64,000 nt of DNA from Eledone cirrhosa (lineage: Eukaryota). The notes beneath the pieces were generated by a model, which was not told the origin of the DNA, did not search any database, and saw only the letters and a program-made list of their open reading frames with translations. The DNA lies in the NCBI GenBank assembly GCA_964016885.1, contig OZ024764.1:26846001-26910000 (forward strand). The letters run 5' to 3'. The position numbers and the translations under genes are program-made. Below, in pieces: positions 37,701 through 51,633 of the stretch; the stretch's first letter is position 1; each line of letters starts with the position of its first letter.

Positions 37701-39672
37701 TGAGAGCTAGATGAAACGAGAGAGAGAGGAAACGAGAGAGAGAGGAAACGAGAGAGAGGAAACGAGAGACAGGAAACGAGAGTAGAGAGCAAGATGAAAC
37801 AGGAGAGAGAGAGAGCGAGATGAAACCGGAGAGAGAGAGCGAGATGAAACGAGAGGGAGGGAGAGATGAAACGAGAGAGCGAGAGAGAGATAGAGGGAGA
37901 TGAAACGAGAGAGTGATAGCTAGATGAAACGAGAGAGAGAGGAATAGAGAGATGGAACGAGAGAGAGGAAGACAGATATGAAACGAGAGAGAGAGAGAGC
38001 GAGATGAAACGAGAGAGAGGAAGAGAGCGCGAGATGAAACGAGAGAGAGAGAGCGAGATGAAACGAGAGAGAGAGCGAGATGAAACGAGAGAGAGGAAGA
38101 GAGAGAGCGCGAGATGAAAGTCTGTCATGTAATGTTATGGACATATCTGCCCTTGGGGCTAATAATTGTCATGTAATGTTATGGACATATCTACCCTTGG
38201 GGCTAATAATTGTCATGTAATGTTATGTACATCTCTGCCCCTGTGGCAAATAATTCTGTCATGTAATGTTATGGACACCTCTGTCCCTGTGGCTAATAAT
38301 TATGTCATGTAATGTTATGGACATCTCTGCCCCTGTGGCTAATAATTCTGTCTTGTAATGTTATGGACATCTCTGCCCCTGTGGCTAATAAATTCGTCAT
38401 GTAATGTTATGGACATCTCTGCCCCTGTGGCTAATAAATCTGTCATGTAATGTTTTGGACATCTCTTCCCCTGTGGCTAATAATTCTGACATGTAATGTT
38501 ATGGATATCTCTGCCCCTGTGGCTAATAATTCTGAGAGAGATGAAACAAGTGAGGGATAAGAGAGAGATGAAACAAGTGAGGGATTAGAGTGTTGAAACA
38601 AGAGAGAGAGAGGAAGAGAGAGTGAGAGCGAGATCAAACGAGAGAGAGAGAGCGAGATGAAATGAGAGAGTGAGAGCGAGATGAAACGAGAGAGAGAGAG
38701 CGAGATGAAATGAGAGAGAGAGAGCGAGATGAAATGAGAGAGAGAGAGCGAGATGAAACGAGACAGAGAGAGCGAGGTGAAACGAGAGAGAGAGAGAGCG
38801 AAATGAAACGAGACAGATTAGAGCGAGATGAAACGAGAGAGAGAGAGAGCAAGATGAAATGAGAGAGAGAGAGCGAGATGAAACGAGAGAGTGAGAGCTA
38901 GAGGAAACGATAGAGAGAGGAAACGAGAGAGAGAGGAAACGAGAGAGAGGATACGAGAGAGAGGAAACGAGAGTAGAGAGCGAGATGAAACAGGAGAGAG
39001 AGAGCGAGATGAAACAGGAGAGAGAGAGCGAGATGAAACGAGAGGGAGAGTGAGATGAAACGAGAGAGCGAGAGAGAGATAGAGGGAGATGAAACGAGGG
39101 AGATAGAGATGAAACGAGAGAGAGAGATGAAACGAGAGAGAGGAAGAGAGAGATGGAACGAGAGAGAGGAAGAGAGAGATGGAACGAGAGAGAGGAAGAC
39201 AGAGATGAAACGAGAGAGAGAGAGAGCGAGATGAAACGAGAGAGAGGAAGAGAGAGAACGCGAGATGAAACGAGAGAGAGAGCAAGATGAAACGAGAGAG
39301 AGGAAGAGAGAGAGCGCAAGATGAAACGAGAGAGAGAGAGCGCGAGATGGAAGTCTGTCATGTAATGTTATGGACATATCTGCCCTTGGGGCTAATAATT
39401 GTCATGTAATGTTATGGAAATCTCTGCCCCTGTGGCTAATAATTCTGTCATGTAATGTTATGGACATCTCTGCCCCTGTGGCTAATAAATATGACATGTA
39501 ATGTTATGGACATCTCTGCCCCTGTGGCTAATAAATCTGTCATGTAATGTTATGGACATCTCTGCCCCTGTGGCTAATAATTCTGCCATGTAATGTTATG
39601 GACATCTCTGCCCCTGTGGCTAATAAATCTGTCATGTAATGTTATGGACATCTCTGCCCCTGTGGCTAATAA
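22450..39672 (+). repeat. Compound satellite array B, forward arm: modules of GA-punctuated tract + 7-15 x 46-mer; ~4.51-kb three-module HOR
   Basis: About 11 modules; matching ORF pairs offset by 4512-4516 (29116/33632/38144, 30375/34889, 31571/36085). Confidence 0.95.
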
Positions 39673-39679
39673 TTCTGAT

Positions 39680-42600
39680 TTATTAGCCACAGGGGCAGAG
39701 ATGTCCATAACATTACATGACAGAATTATTAGCCACAGGGGCAGAGATTTCCATAACATTACATGTCAGAATTATTAGCCACAGGGGCAGACATGTCCAT
39801 AACATTACATGTCAGAATTATTAGCCACAGGGGCAGAGATGTCCATAACATTACATGACAGAATTATTAGCCACAGGGGCAGAGATGACCATAACATTAC
39901 ATGACAATTATTAGCCACAGGGGCAGATATGTCAATAACATTACATGACAGAGTTTCATCTTGCGCTCTCTCTCTCTCGTTTCATCTCGCTCTCCCTCTC
40001 TCTCGTTTCATCTCTGTCTTCCTCTCTCTCGTTTCATCTCGCTCTCTCTCTCTCTCGTTTCATCTCTGTCTTCCTCTCTCTCGTTCCATCTCTCTCTTCC
40101 TCTCTCTCGTTCCATCTCTCTCTTCCTCTCTTTCGTTTCATCTCTATCTCCCTCCTTTCATCTGTCTCTCTCTCTGTCGTTTCATCTCGCGCTCTCTCTC
40201 TCTCGTTTCATCTTGCGCTCTCTCTCTCTCGTTTCATCTCGTTCTCTCTCTCGTTTCATCTCTGTCTTCCTCTCTCTCGTTCCATCTCTCTCTTCCTCTC
40301 TCTCGTTCCATCTCTCTCTTCCTCTCTCTCGTTTCATCTCTATCTCCCTTCTTTCATCTGTCTCGCTCTCTGTCGTTTCATCTCGCGCTCTCTCTCTCTC
40401 GTTTCATGTCGCGCTCTCTCTCTCTCGTTTCATCTCTGTCTTCCTCTCTCTCGTGCCATCTCTCTCTTCCTCTCTCTCTTCCTCTCTCTCGTTTCATCTC
40501 TATCTCCCTTGTTTCATCTCTCTCTCGCTCTCTCGTTTCATCTCTCTCTCCCTCTCGTTTCATCTCGCTCTCTCTCTCCTGTTTCATCTCGCTCTCTCTC
40601 TCTCGTTTCATCTCTGTCTTCCTCTCTCTCGTTCCATCTCTGTCTTCCTCGCTCTCGTTCCATCTCTCGCTTCCTCTCTCTCGTTTCATCTCGCTCTCCC
40701 TCGTTTCATCTCTCTCTCGCTCTCTCGTTTCATCTCTCTCTCCCTCTCATTTCATCTCGCTCTCTCTCTCCTGTTTCATCTGGCTCTCTCTCTCTCCTGT
40801 TTCATCTCGCTCTCTACTCTCGTTTCCTCTCTCTCTCTCGTTTCATCTCTCTCTCCCTCCCGTTTCATCTCGCTCTCTCTCTCTCATTTCATCTCGCTCT
40901 CTCTCTCTCGTTTCATCTCGCTCTCCCTCTCTCGTTTCATCCCGCTCTCACTCTCTCATTTCTTCTCGCTCTCTCTCTCTTGTTTCAACACTCTAATCCC
41001 TCACTTGTTTACTATCTCTCAGAATTATTAGCCACAGGGGCAGAGATGACCATAACATTACATGTCAGAATTATTAGCCCCAAGGGCAGAGATGTCCATA
41101 ACATTACATGACAGAATTATTAGCCACAGGGGCAGAGATGACCATAACATTACATGACAATTATTAGCCACAGGGGCAGATATGTCAATAACATTACATG
41201 ACAGAGTTTCATCTCGCGCTCTCTCTCTCTCGTTTCATCTTGCGCTCTCTCTCTCTCTCGTTTCATCTTGCTCTCTCTCTCGTTTCATCTCTGTCTTCCT
41301 CTCTCTCGTTCCATCTCTCTCTTCCTCTCTCTCGTTCCATCTCTCTCTTCCTCTCTCTCGTTTCATCTCTATCTCCCTCGTTTCATCTCTCTCTCGCTCT
41401 CTCGTTTCATCTCTCTCTCCCGCTCGTTTCTTTTCGCTCTCTCTCTCCTGTTTCATCTCGCTCTCTACTCTCGTTTCCTCTCTCTCATTTCCTCTCTCTC
41501 TCGTTTCCTCTCTGTCTCGTTTCATCTCGCTCTCTCTCTTTCTCGTTTGATCTCGCTCTCACTCTCTCGTTTCATCTCGCTTCTCTCACTCTCTTGTTTC
41601 ATCTCGCTCTCTCTCTCTCTTCCTCTCTCTCTCTTGTTTCAACACTCTAATCCCTCACTTGTTTTATCTCTCTCTAATCCCTCACTTGGTTCATCTCTCT
41701 CAGAATTATTAGCCACAGGGGCAGAGATGTCCATAACATTACATGTCAGAATTATTAGCCACAGGGCAGAGATGTCCATAACATTACATGTTAGAATTAT
41801 TAGCCACTGGGGCAGAGATGTCCATAACATTACATGTCAGAATTATTAGCCACAGGGGTAGAGATGTCCATAACATTACATGTCAGAATTATTAGCCACA
41901 GGGGCAGAGATGTCCATAACATTACATGACAGAATTATTAGCCACAGGGGCAGTGATGTCCATAACATTACATGACAATTATTAGCCCCAAGGGCAGATA
42001 TGTCCATAACATTACATGACAGAGTTCCATCTCGCGCTCTCTCTCTTCCTCTCTCTCGTTTCATCTCGCTCTCTCTCTCGCTCGTTTCATCTCGCTCTCT
42101 CGTTTCATCTCGCTCTCTCGTTTCATCTCGCTCTCTCTCGTTTCATCTCTGTCTTCCTCTCTCTCGTTCCATCTCTCTCTTCCTCTCTCTCGTTCCATCT
42201 CTCTCTTCCTCTCTCTCGTTTCATTTCTATCTCCCTCCTTTCATCTGTCTCTCTCTCTGTCGTTTCATCTCGCGCTCTCTCTCTCTCGATTCATCTCGCG
42301 CTCTCTCTCTCTCGTTTCATCTCGCTCTCTCTCTCTCTCGTTTCATCTCTGTCTTCCTCTCTCGCGTTCCATCTCTCTCTTCCTCCCTCTCTTCCTCTCT
42401 CTCGTTTCATCTCTATCTCCCTCGTTTCATCTCTCTCTCCCTCTCGTTTCATCTCGCTCTCTCTCTCCTGTTTCATCTCGCTCTCTACTCTCGTTTCCTC
42501 TCTCTCGTTTCCTCTCTGTCTCGTTCCATCCCGCTCTCTCTCTCTCTCATTACATCTCGCTCTCTCTGTCTCGTTTCATCTCGCTCTCTCTCTCTCTCGT

Positions 42601-45600
42601 TTCATCTCGCTCTCACTCTCTCGTTTCATCTCGCGTTTCATCTCAGTCTCCCTGTCTCATTTCACCTCGCTCTCTCTCTCTCTTCCTCTCTCTCTCTTGT
42701 TTCAACACTCTAATCCCTCACTTGTTTTATCTCTCTCTAATCCCTCACTTGTTTCATCTCTCTCAGAATTATTAGCCACAGGGGCAGAGATGTCCATAAC
42801 ATTACATGTCAGAATTATTAGCCACAGGGCAGAGATGTCCATAACATTACATGTCAGAGTTATTAGCCACAGGGGCAGAGATGTCCATAACATTACATGT
42901 CAGAATTATTAGCCACGGGGGCGGAGACGTCCATAACATTACATGACAGAATTATTAGCCACAGGGGCAGAGATGACCATAACATTACATGACAATTATT
43001 AGCCACAGGGGCAGATATATCAATAACATTACATGATAGAGTTTCATCTCGCGCTCTCTCTCTCTCGTTTCATCTTGCTCTCTCTCTCTCTCGTTTCATC
43101 TCTGTCTTCCTCTCTCTCGTTCCATCTCTCTCTTCCTCTCTCTCGTTCCATCTCTCTCATCCTCTCTCTCGTTTCATCTCTATCTCCCTCCTTTCATCTG
43201 TCTCTCTCTGTCGTTTCATCTCGTGCTCTCTCTCTCTCGTTTCATCTCGCGCTCTCTCTGTCTCGTTTCATCTCGCTCTCTCTCTCTCTCGTTTCATCTC
43301 TGTCTTCCTCTCTCACGTTCCATCTCTCTCTTCCTCTCTCTCGTTCCATCTCTCTCTTCCTCTCTCTCGTTTCATCTCTATCTCCCTCGTTTCATCTCTC
43401 TCTCGCTCTCTCGTTTCATCTCTCTCTCCCTCACGTTTCATCTCGCTCTCTACTCTCGTTTCCTCTCTCTCGTTTCCTCTCTGTCTCGTTCCATCCCGCT
43501 CTCTCTCTCTCACATTACATCTCGCTCTCTCTGTCTCGTTTCATCTCGCTCTCTCTCTCTCTCGTTTCATCTCGCTCTCACTCTATCGTTTCATCTCGCT
43601 TCTCTCACTATTGCGTTTCATCTCGCTCTCCCTGTCTCATTTCATCTCGCTCTCTCTCTCTCTTCCTCTCTCTCTCTTGTTTCAACACTCTAATCCCTCA
43701 CTTGTTTTATCTCTCTCTAATCCCTCCTTTGTTTCATCTCTCTCAGAATTATTAGCCACTGGGGCAGAGATGTCCATAACATTACATGTCAGAGTTATTA
43801 GCCACAGGGGCAGAGATGTCCATAACATTACATGACAGAGTTTCATCTCGCGCTCTCTCTCTCTCGTTTCATCTCGCGCTCTCTCTCTTCCTCTCTCTCG
43901 TTTCATCTCGCTCTCTCTCTCTCTCGTTTCACCTCTGTCTTTCATCTCTCTCTTCCTCTCTCTCGTTCCATCTCTCTCTTCCTCTCTCTCGTTTCATCTC
44001 TATCTCCCTCCTTTCATCTGTCTCTCTCTCTGTCGTTTCATCTCGCGCTCTCTCTCTCTCGTTTCATCTCGCGCTCTCTCTCTCTCGTTTCATCTCGCTC
44101 TCTCTCTCTCTCGTTACATCTCTGTCTTCCTCTCTCTCGTTCCATCTCTCTCTTCCTCTCTCTCTTCCTCTCTCTCGTTTCATCTCTATCTCCCTCGTTT
44201 CATCTCTCTCTCCCTCTCGTTTCATCTCGCTCTCTCTCTCCTGTTTCATCTCGCTCTCTACTCTCGTTTCCTCTCTCTCGTTTCCTCTCTGTCTCGTTCC
44301 ATCCCGCTCTCTCTCTCTCTCATTACATCTCGCTCTCTCTGTCTCGTTTCATCTCGCTCTCTCTCTCTCTCGTTTCATCTCGCTCTCACTCTCTCGTTTC
44401 ATCTCGCGTTTCATCTCACTCTCCCTGTCTCATTTCATCTCGCTCTCTCTCTCTCTTCCTCTCTCTCTCTTGTTTCAACACTCTAATCCCTCACTTGTTT
44501 TATCTCTCTCTAATCCCTCACTTGTTTCATCTCTCTCAGAATTATTAGCCACAGGGGTAGAGATGTCCATAACATTACATGTCAGAATTATTAGCCACAG
44601 GGCAGAGATGTCCATAACATTACATGTCAGAATTATTAGCCACAGGGGCAGAGATGTCCATAACATTACATGTCAGAATTATTAGCCACGGGGGCGGAGA
44701 CGTCCATAACATTACATGACAGAATTATTAGCCACAGGGGCAGAGATGACCATAACATTACATGACAATTATTAGCCACAGGGGCAGATATATCAATAAC
44801 ATTACATGATAGAGTTTCATCTCGCGCTCTCTCTCTCTCGTTTCATCTTGCGCTCTCTCTCTCTCGTTTCATCTTGCTCTCTCTCTCTCTCGTTTCATCT
44901 CTGTATTCCTCTCTCTCGTTCCATCTCTCTATTCCTCTCTCTCGTTCCATCTCTCTCATCCTCTCTCTCGTTTTATCTGTATCTCCCTCCTTCAATCTGT
45001 CTCTCTCTCTGTCGTTTCATCTCGTGCTCTCTCTGTCTCGTTTCATCTCGAGCTCTCTCTGTCTCGTTTCATCTCGCTCTCTCTCTCTCTCTCTCGTTTC
45101 ATCTCTGTCTTCCTCTCTCTCGTTCCATCTCTCCCTTCCTCTTTCTCGTTCCATCTCTCTCTTCCTCTCTCTCGTTTCATCTCTATCTCCCTCGTTTCAT
45201 CTCTTTCTCGCTCTCTCGTTTCATCTCTCTCTCCCTCTCGTTTCATCTCGCTCTCTACTCTCGTTTCCTCTCTCTCGTTTCCTCTCTGTCTCGTTCCATC
45301 CCGCTCTCTCTCTCTCTCATTACATCTCGCTCTCTCTGTCTCGTTTCATCTCGCTCTCTCTCGCTCTCGTTTCATCTCGCTCTCACTCTCTCGTTTCATC
45401 TCGCTTCTCTCACTATTGCGTTTCATCTCGCTCTCCCTGTCTCATTTCATCTCGCTCTCTCTCTCTCTTCCTCTCTCTTGTTTCAACACCCTAATCCCTC
45501 ACTTGTTTTATCTCTCTCTAATCCCTCACTTGTTTCATCTCTCTCAGAATTATTAGCCACAGGGGCAGAGATGTCCATAACATTACATGTCAGAGTTATT

Positions 45601-48600
45601 AGCCACAGGGGCAGAGATGTCCATAACGTTACATGACAATTATTAGCCCCAAGGGCAGATATGTCCATAACATTACATGACAGAGTTTCATCTCGCGCTC
45701 TCTCTCTTCCTCTCTCTCGTTTCATCTCGCTCTCTCTCTCTCTCGTTTCACCTCTGTCTTCCATCTCTCTCTTCCTCTCTCTCGTTCCATCTCACTCTTC
45801 CTCTCTCTCATTTCATCTCTCTCTCTCGTTTCATCTCTATCTCTCTCTCTCGTTTCATCTGTCTCTCTCTCTGTCGTTTCATCTCCCTCTATCTCTCTCT
45901 CCCTCTCGTTTCATCTCGCTCTCTCTCTCCTGTTTCATCTCGCTCTCTCTCTCTCCTGTTTCATCTCGCTCTCTACTCTCGTTTCCTCTCTCTCTCCCTC
46001 CTGTTTCATCTCGCTCTCTCTCTCTCGTTTCATCTCGCTCTCACTCTCTCGTTTCATCTCGCTCTCTCTCTGTCTCGTTTCATCTCGCTCTCTCTCTCTC
46101 ATTTCATCTCGCTCTCTCTCTCTCATTTCATCTCGCTCTCTCTCTCTCGTTTCATCTCGCTCTCACTCTCTCGTTTCATCTCGCTCTCACTCTCTCGTTT
46201 CATCTCGCTCTCCCTGTCTCGTTTCATCTCGCTCACACTCTCTCATTTCATCTCGCTCTCTCTCTCTTCTTTCAACACTCTAATCCCTCACTTGTTTCAT
46301 CTCTCAGAATTATTAGCCACAGGGGCAGAGATGACCATAACATTACATGTCAGAATTATTAGCCACAGGGGCAGAGATGTCCATAACATTACATGTCAGA
46401 ATCATTAGCCACAGGGGCAGAGATGTCCATAACATTACATGACAGAATTATTAGCCACAGGGGCAGAGATGACCATAACATTACATGACAATTATTAGCC
46501 ACAGGGGCAGATATGTCAATAACATTACATGACAGAGTTTCATCTCGCGCTCTCTCTCTCTCTCGTTTCATCTTGCGCTCTCTCTCTCTCATTTCCTCTC
46601 GCTCTCTCTCTCTCTCGTTTCATCTCTGTCTTCCTCTCTCTCGTTCCATCTCTCTCTTCCTCTCTCTCGTTCCATCTCTCTCTTCCTCTCTCTCGTTTCA
46701 TCTGTCTCTCTCTCTGTCGTTTCATCTCGCGCTCTCTCTCTCTCGTTTCATCTCGCTCTCTCTCTCTCTCATTTCATCTCGCTCTCTCTCTCTCTCGTTT
46801 CATCTCTGTCTTCCTCTCTCTCTTCCTCTCTCTCGTTCCATCTCTCTCTTCCTCTCTCTCGTTTCATCTCTATCTCCCTCGTTTCATCTCTCTCTCGCTC
46901 TCTCGTTTCATCTCTCTCTCCCTCTCGTCTCATCTCGCTCTCTCTCTTCTGTTTCATCTCGCTCTCTACTCTCGTCTCCTCTCTGTCGTTTCCTCTCTGT
47001 CTCGTTTCATCTCGCTCTCCCTGTCTCATTTCATCTCGCTCTCTCTCTCTCTCTTCCTCTCTGTCTCTTGTTTCAACACTCTAATCCCTCACTTGTTTTA
47101 TCTCTCTCTAATCCCTCACTTGTTTCATCTCTCTCAGAATTATTAGCCACAGGGGCAGAGATGTCCATAACATTACATGTCAGAGTTATTAGCCACAGGG
47201 GCAGAGATGTCCATAACGTTACATGACAATTATTAGCCCCAAAGGCAGATATGTCCATAACATTACATGACAGAGTTTCATCTCGCGCTCTCTCTCTCTC
47301 GTTTCATCTCGCGCTCTCTCTCTTCCTCTCTCTCGTTTCATCTCGCTCTCTCTCTCTCTCGTTTCACCTCTGTCTTCCATCTCTCTCTTCCTCTCTCTCG
47401 TTCCATCTCACTCTTCCTCTCTCTCATTTCATCTCTCTCTCTCGTTTCATCTCTATCTCTCTCTCTCGTTTCATCTGTCTCTCTCTCTGTCGTTTCATCT
47501 CCCTCTATCTCTCTCTCCCTCTCGTTTCATCTCGCTCTCTCTCTCCTGTTTCATCTCGCTCTCTCTCTCTCCTGTTTCATCTCGCTCTCTACTCTCGTTT
47601 CCTCTCTCTCTCCCTCCTGTTTCATCTCGCTCTCTCTCTCTCGTTTCATCTCGCTCTCACTCTCTCGTTTCATCTCGCTCTCTCTCTGTCTCGTTTCATC
47701 TCGCTCTCTCTCTCTCATTTCATCTCGCTCTCTCTCTCTCATTTCATCTCGCTCTCTGTCTCTCGTTTCATCTCGCTCTCACTCTCTCGTTTCATCTCGC
47801 TCTCACTCTCTCGTTTCATCTCGCTCTCCCTGTCTCGTTTCATCTCGCTCACACTCTCTCATTTCATCTCGCTCTCTCTCTCTTCTTTCAACACTCTAAT
47901 CCCTCACTTGTTTCATCTCTCTCAGAATTATTAGCCACAGGGGCAGAGATGACCATAACATTACATGTCAGAATTATTAGCCACAGGGGCAGAGATGTCC
48001 ATAACATTACATGTCAGAATCATTAGCCACAGGGGCAGAGATGTCCATAACATTACATGACAGAATTATTAGCCACAGGGGCAGAGATGACCATAACATT
48101 ACATGACAATTATTAGCCACAGGGGCAGATATGTCAATAACATTACATGACAGAGTTTCATCTCGCGCTCTCTCTCTCTCTCGTTTCATCTTGCGCTCTC
48201 TCTCTCTCGTTTCCTCTCGCTCTCTCTCTCTCTCGTTTCATCTCTGTCTTCCTCTCTCTCTTCCTCTCTCTCGTTCCATCTCTCTCTTCCTCTCTCTCGT
48301 TTCATCTGTCTCTCTCTCTGTCGTTTCATCTCGCGCTCTCTCTCTCTCGTTTCATCTCGCGCTCTCTCTCTCTCATTTCATCTCGCTCTCTCTCTCTCTC
48401 GTTTCATCTCTGTCTTCCTCTCTCTCTTCCTCTCTCTCGTTCCATCTCTCTCTTCCTCTCTCTCGTTTCATCTCTATCTCCCTCGTTTCATCTCTCTCTC
48501 GCTCTCTCGTTTCATCTCTCTCTCCCTCTCGTTTCATCTCGCTCTCTCTCTTCTGTTTCATCTCGCTCTCTACTCTCGTCTCCTCTCTGTCGTTTCCTCT

Positions 48601-50686
48601 CTGTCTCGTTTCATCTCGCTCTCCCTGTCTCATTTCATCTCGCTCTCTCTCTCTCTCTTCCTCTCTGTCTCTTGTTTCAACACTCTAATCCCTCACTTGT
48701 TTTATCTCTCTCTAATCCCTCACTTGTTTCATCTCTCTTAGAATTATTAGCCACAGGGGCAGAGATGTCCATAACATTACATGTCAGAATTATTAGCCAC
48801 AGGGCAGAGATGTCCATAACATTACATGTCAGAATTATTAGCCACAGGGGCAGAGATGTCCATAACATTACATGACAGAGTTTCATCTCGCTCTCTCTCT
48901 CTCTCGTTTCATCAGTGTCTTCGTCTCTCTCGTTCCATCTCTCTCTTGCTCTCTCTCGTTCCATCTCTATCTTCATCTCTCTCGTTTCATCTCTATCTCC
49001 CTCCTTTCATCTGTCTCTCTCTCTGTCGTTTCATCTCGCGCTCTCTCTCTCTCGTTTCATCTCGCGCTCTCTCTCTCTTTCTCTCTCTCGTTTCATCTCT
49101 ATCTCCCTCGTTTCATCTGTCTCTCGCTCTCTCGTTTCATCTCTCTCTCCCTCTCGTTTCATCTCGCTCTCTACTCTCGTTTCCTCTCTCTCGCGTTCCA
49201 TCCCGCTCTCTCTCTCTCTCATTACATCTCGCTCTCTCTGTCTCGTTTCATCTCGCTCTCTCTCTCTCTCGTTTCATCTCGCTCTCACTCTCTCGTTTCA
49301 TCTCGCTTCTCTCACTCTCGTGTTTCATCTCGCTCTCCCTGTCTCATTTCATCTCGCTCTCTCTCTCTCTTCCTCTCTCTCTCTTGTTTCAACACTCTAA
49401 TCCCTCACTTGTTTTATCTCTCTCTAATCCCTCACTTGTTTCATCTCTCTCAGAATTATTAGCCACAGGGGCAGAGATGTCCATAACATTACATGTCAGA
49501 ATTATTAGACACAGGGCAGAGATGTCCATAACATTACATGTCAGAATTATTAGCCACAGGGGCAGAGATGTCCATAACATTACATGTCAGAATTATTAGC
49601 CACAGGGGCCGAGATGTCCATAACATTACATGAAAGAATTATTAGCCACAGGGGCAGAGATGTCCATAACATTACATGACAGAATTATTAGCCACAGGGG
49701 CAGAGATGTCCATAACATTACATGACAATTATTAGCCCCAAGGGCAGATATGTCCATAACATTACATGACAGAGTTTCATCTGGCGCTCTCTCTCTTCCT
49801 CTCTCTCGTTTCATCTCTGTCTTCCTCTCTCTCGTTCCATCTCTCTCTTCCTCTCGCTCGTTCCATCTCTCTCTTCCTCTCTCTCGTTTCATCTCTATCT
49901 CCCTCCTTTCATCTGTCTCTCTCTCTGTCGTTTCATCTCGCGCTCTCTCTCTCTCGTTTCATCTCGCGCTCTCTCTCTCTCGTTTCATCTCTCTCTCTCT
50001 CTCGTTTCATCTCTGTCTTCCTCTCTCTCGTTCCATCTCTCTCTTCCTCTCTCTCGTTTCATCTCTATCTCCCTCGTTTCATCTCTCTCTCCCTCTCGTT
50101 TCATCTCGCTCTCTCTCTCCTGTTTCATCTCGCTCTCTACTCTCGTTTCCTCACTCTCGTTTCCTCTCTCTCTCGTTTCCTCTCTGTCTCGTTCCATCCC
50201 GCTCTCTCTCTCTCTCATTACATCTCGCTCTCTCTGTCTCGTTTCATCTCGCTCTCTCTCTCTCTCGTTTCATCTCGCTCTCACTCTCTCGTTTCATCTC
50301 GCTTCTCTCACTCTCGCGTTTCATCTCGCTCTCCCTGTCTCATTTCATCTCGCTCTCTCTCTCTCTTCCTCTCTCTCTCTTGTTTCAACACTCTAATCCC
50401 TCACTTGTTTTATCTCTCTCTAATCCCCCACGTGTTTCATCTCTCTCAGAATTATTAGCCACAGGGGCAGAGATGTCCATAACATTACATGTCAGAATTA
50501 TTAGCCACAGGGCAGAGATGTCCATAACATTACATGTCAGAATTATTAACCACAGGGGCAGAGATGTCCATAACATAACATGACAGAATTATTAGCCACA
50601 GGGGCAGAGATGTCCATAACATTACATGACAGAATTATTAGCCACAGGGGCAGATATGTCCATAACATTACATGACAGAGTTTCAT
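39680..50686 (-). repeat. Compound satellite array B, inverted arm (CT-rich on +), shorter modules
   Basis: Reverse-complement 46-mers and CT tracts; landmark offsets of 1773 (42702/44475, 43033/44806) and ~1.6 kb (45661/47251, 46513/48131). Confidence 0.95.
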
Positions 50687-50727
50687 CTGGTTGGAGTAAT
50701 AACAGTCTTGTTTATGTATATACACAC

Positions 50728-50760
<33 letters not shown>

Positions 50761-50865
50761 TGTTTGTTCTTGTATTTCTATAGAAAAGGTAAAGAAAAGA
50801 AGAATGCTCTATGTATTGTACAGAGCTATTTAATTACATAATAAACAACAGAATATAATTATTCC

Positions 50866-51633
50866 ATGCAAATAGACTTAGAATGGAAAACATTCAGACA
50901 GAGAAGAATGGATAATGAGCGTCGTAAGAGAAATTGGCCAACAATTAATATTAATGGAAATCTAGAAGAATTTCATATTAGTGATATGAATGTTTCGTGT
51001 GATCACTGTGAAGCTTTGAAATTTAGAAATGAAAATTGTAACTGTTGTAATAAAGGAAAGGTTGTGTTGCCTCCATTGCAAATATACCCCGAGAGACTGA
51101 GAAATCTCTTTGAAAGAGGCCAGGAAGCAGTTGATTTCACAGAAACGTCTGCAATTAAAACTACATTTATTTCACTTCATTTGGTGTTACCACCCGGCAG
51201 AGGCCCGTATAGCTTTCATATTCAGGGTCAAACATATCACTACACCCCCATCTCTGTAACCTGCAGAAAATACACCACAATATGGCCAGTTATATATTAT
51301 TGATGGGAACGAAGGTGTGTAGCACAGATTGGAAGTACGACCAAATAATTGTTTCTGGCACAAGGCCAGCAATTACTGGTACTTTATTCTATCGACCTCA
51401 TAAGGATGAAAACAAAGTCAACCTTGGAGGGATTTGAACCCAGAACGTAAAGGGCCATAACCCTATGCTGCAAAGCATGGTGTCTGACGCTCTACCGATA
51501 CTGCCAATCCACCGCCCTAGTACCAACAAATAATGACTGCTCACCATAAAAAATGGCTATGATAAGAGAAGTGTTGCATGAACGTAATTCATATGTCGAA
51601 GTGTACAATACAATGCATGGCATCACAAATGAA
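50866..51633 (+). pseudogene. Helitron N-terminal fragment, copy C
   Basis: ORF 50866-51303 is nearly identical to ORF 4047-4484; same SINE insertion. Confidence 0.85.
51350..51518 (-). mobile_element. tRNA-derived SINE (paralog of 4531-4699)
   Basis: Flanks agtacgaccaaataat / agtaccaacaaataat (14/16 identical). Confidence 0.8.
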
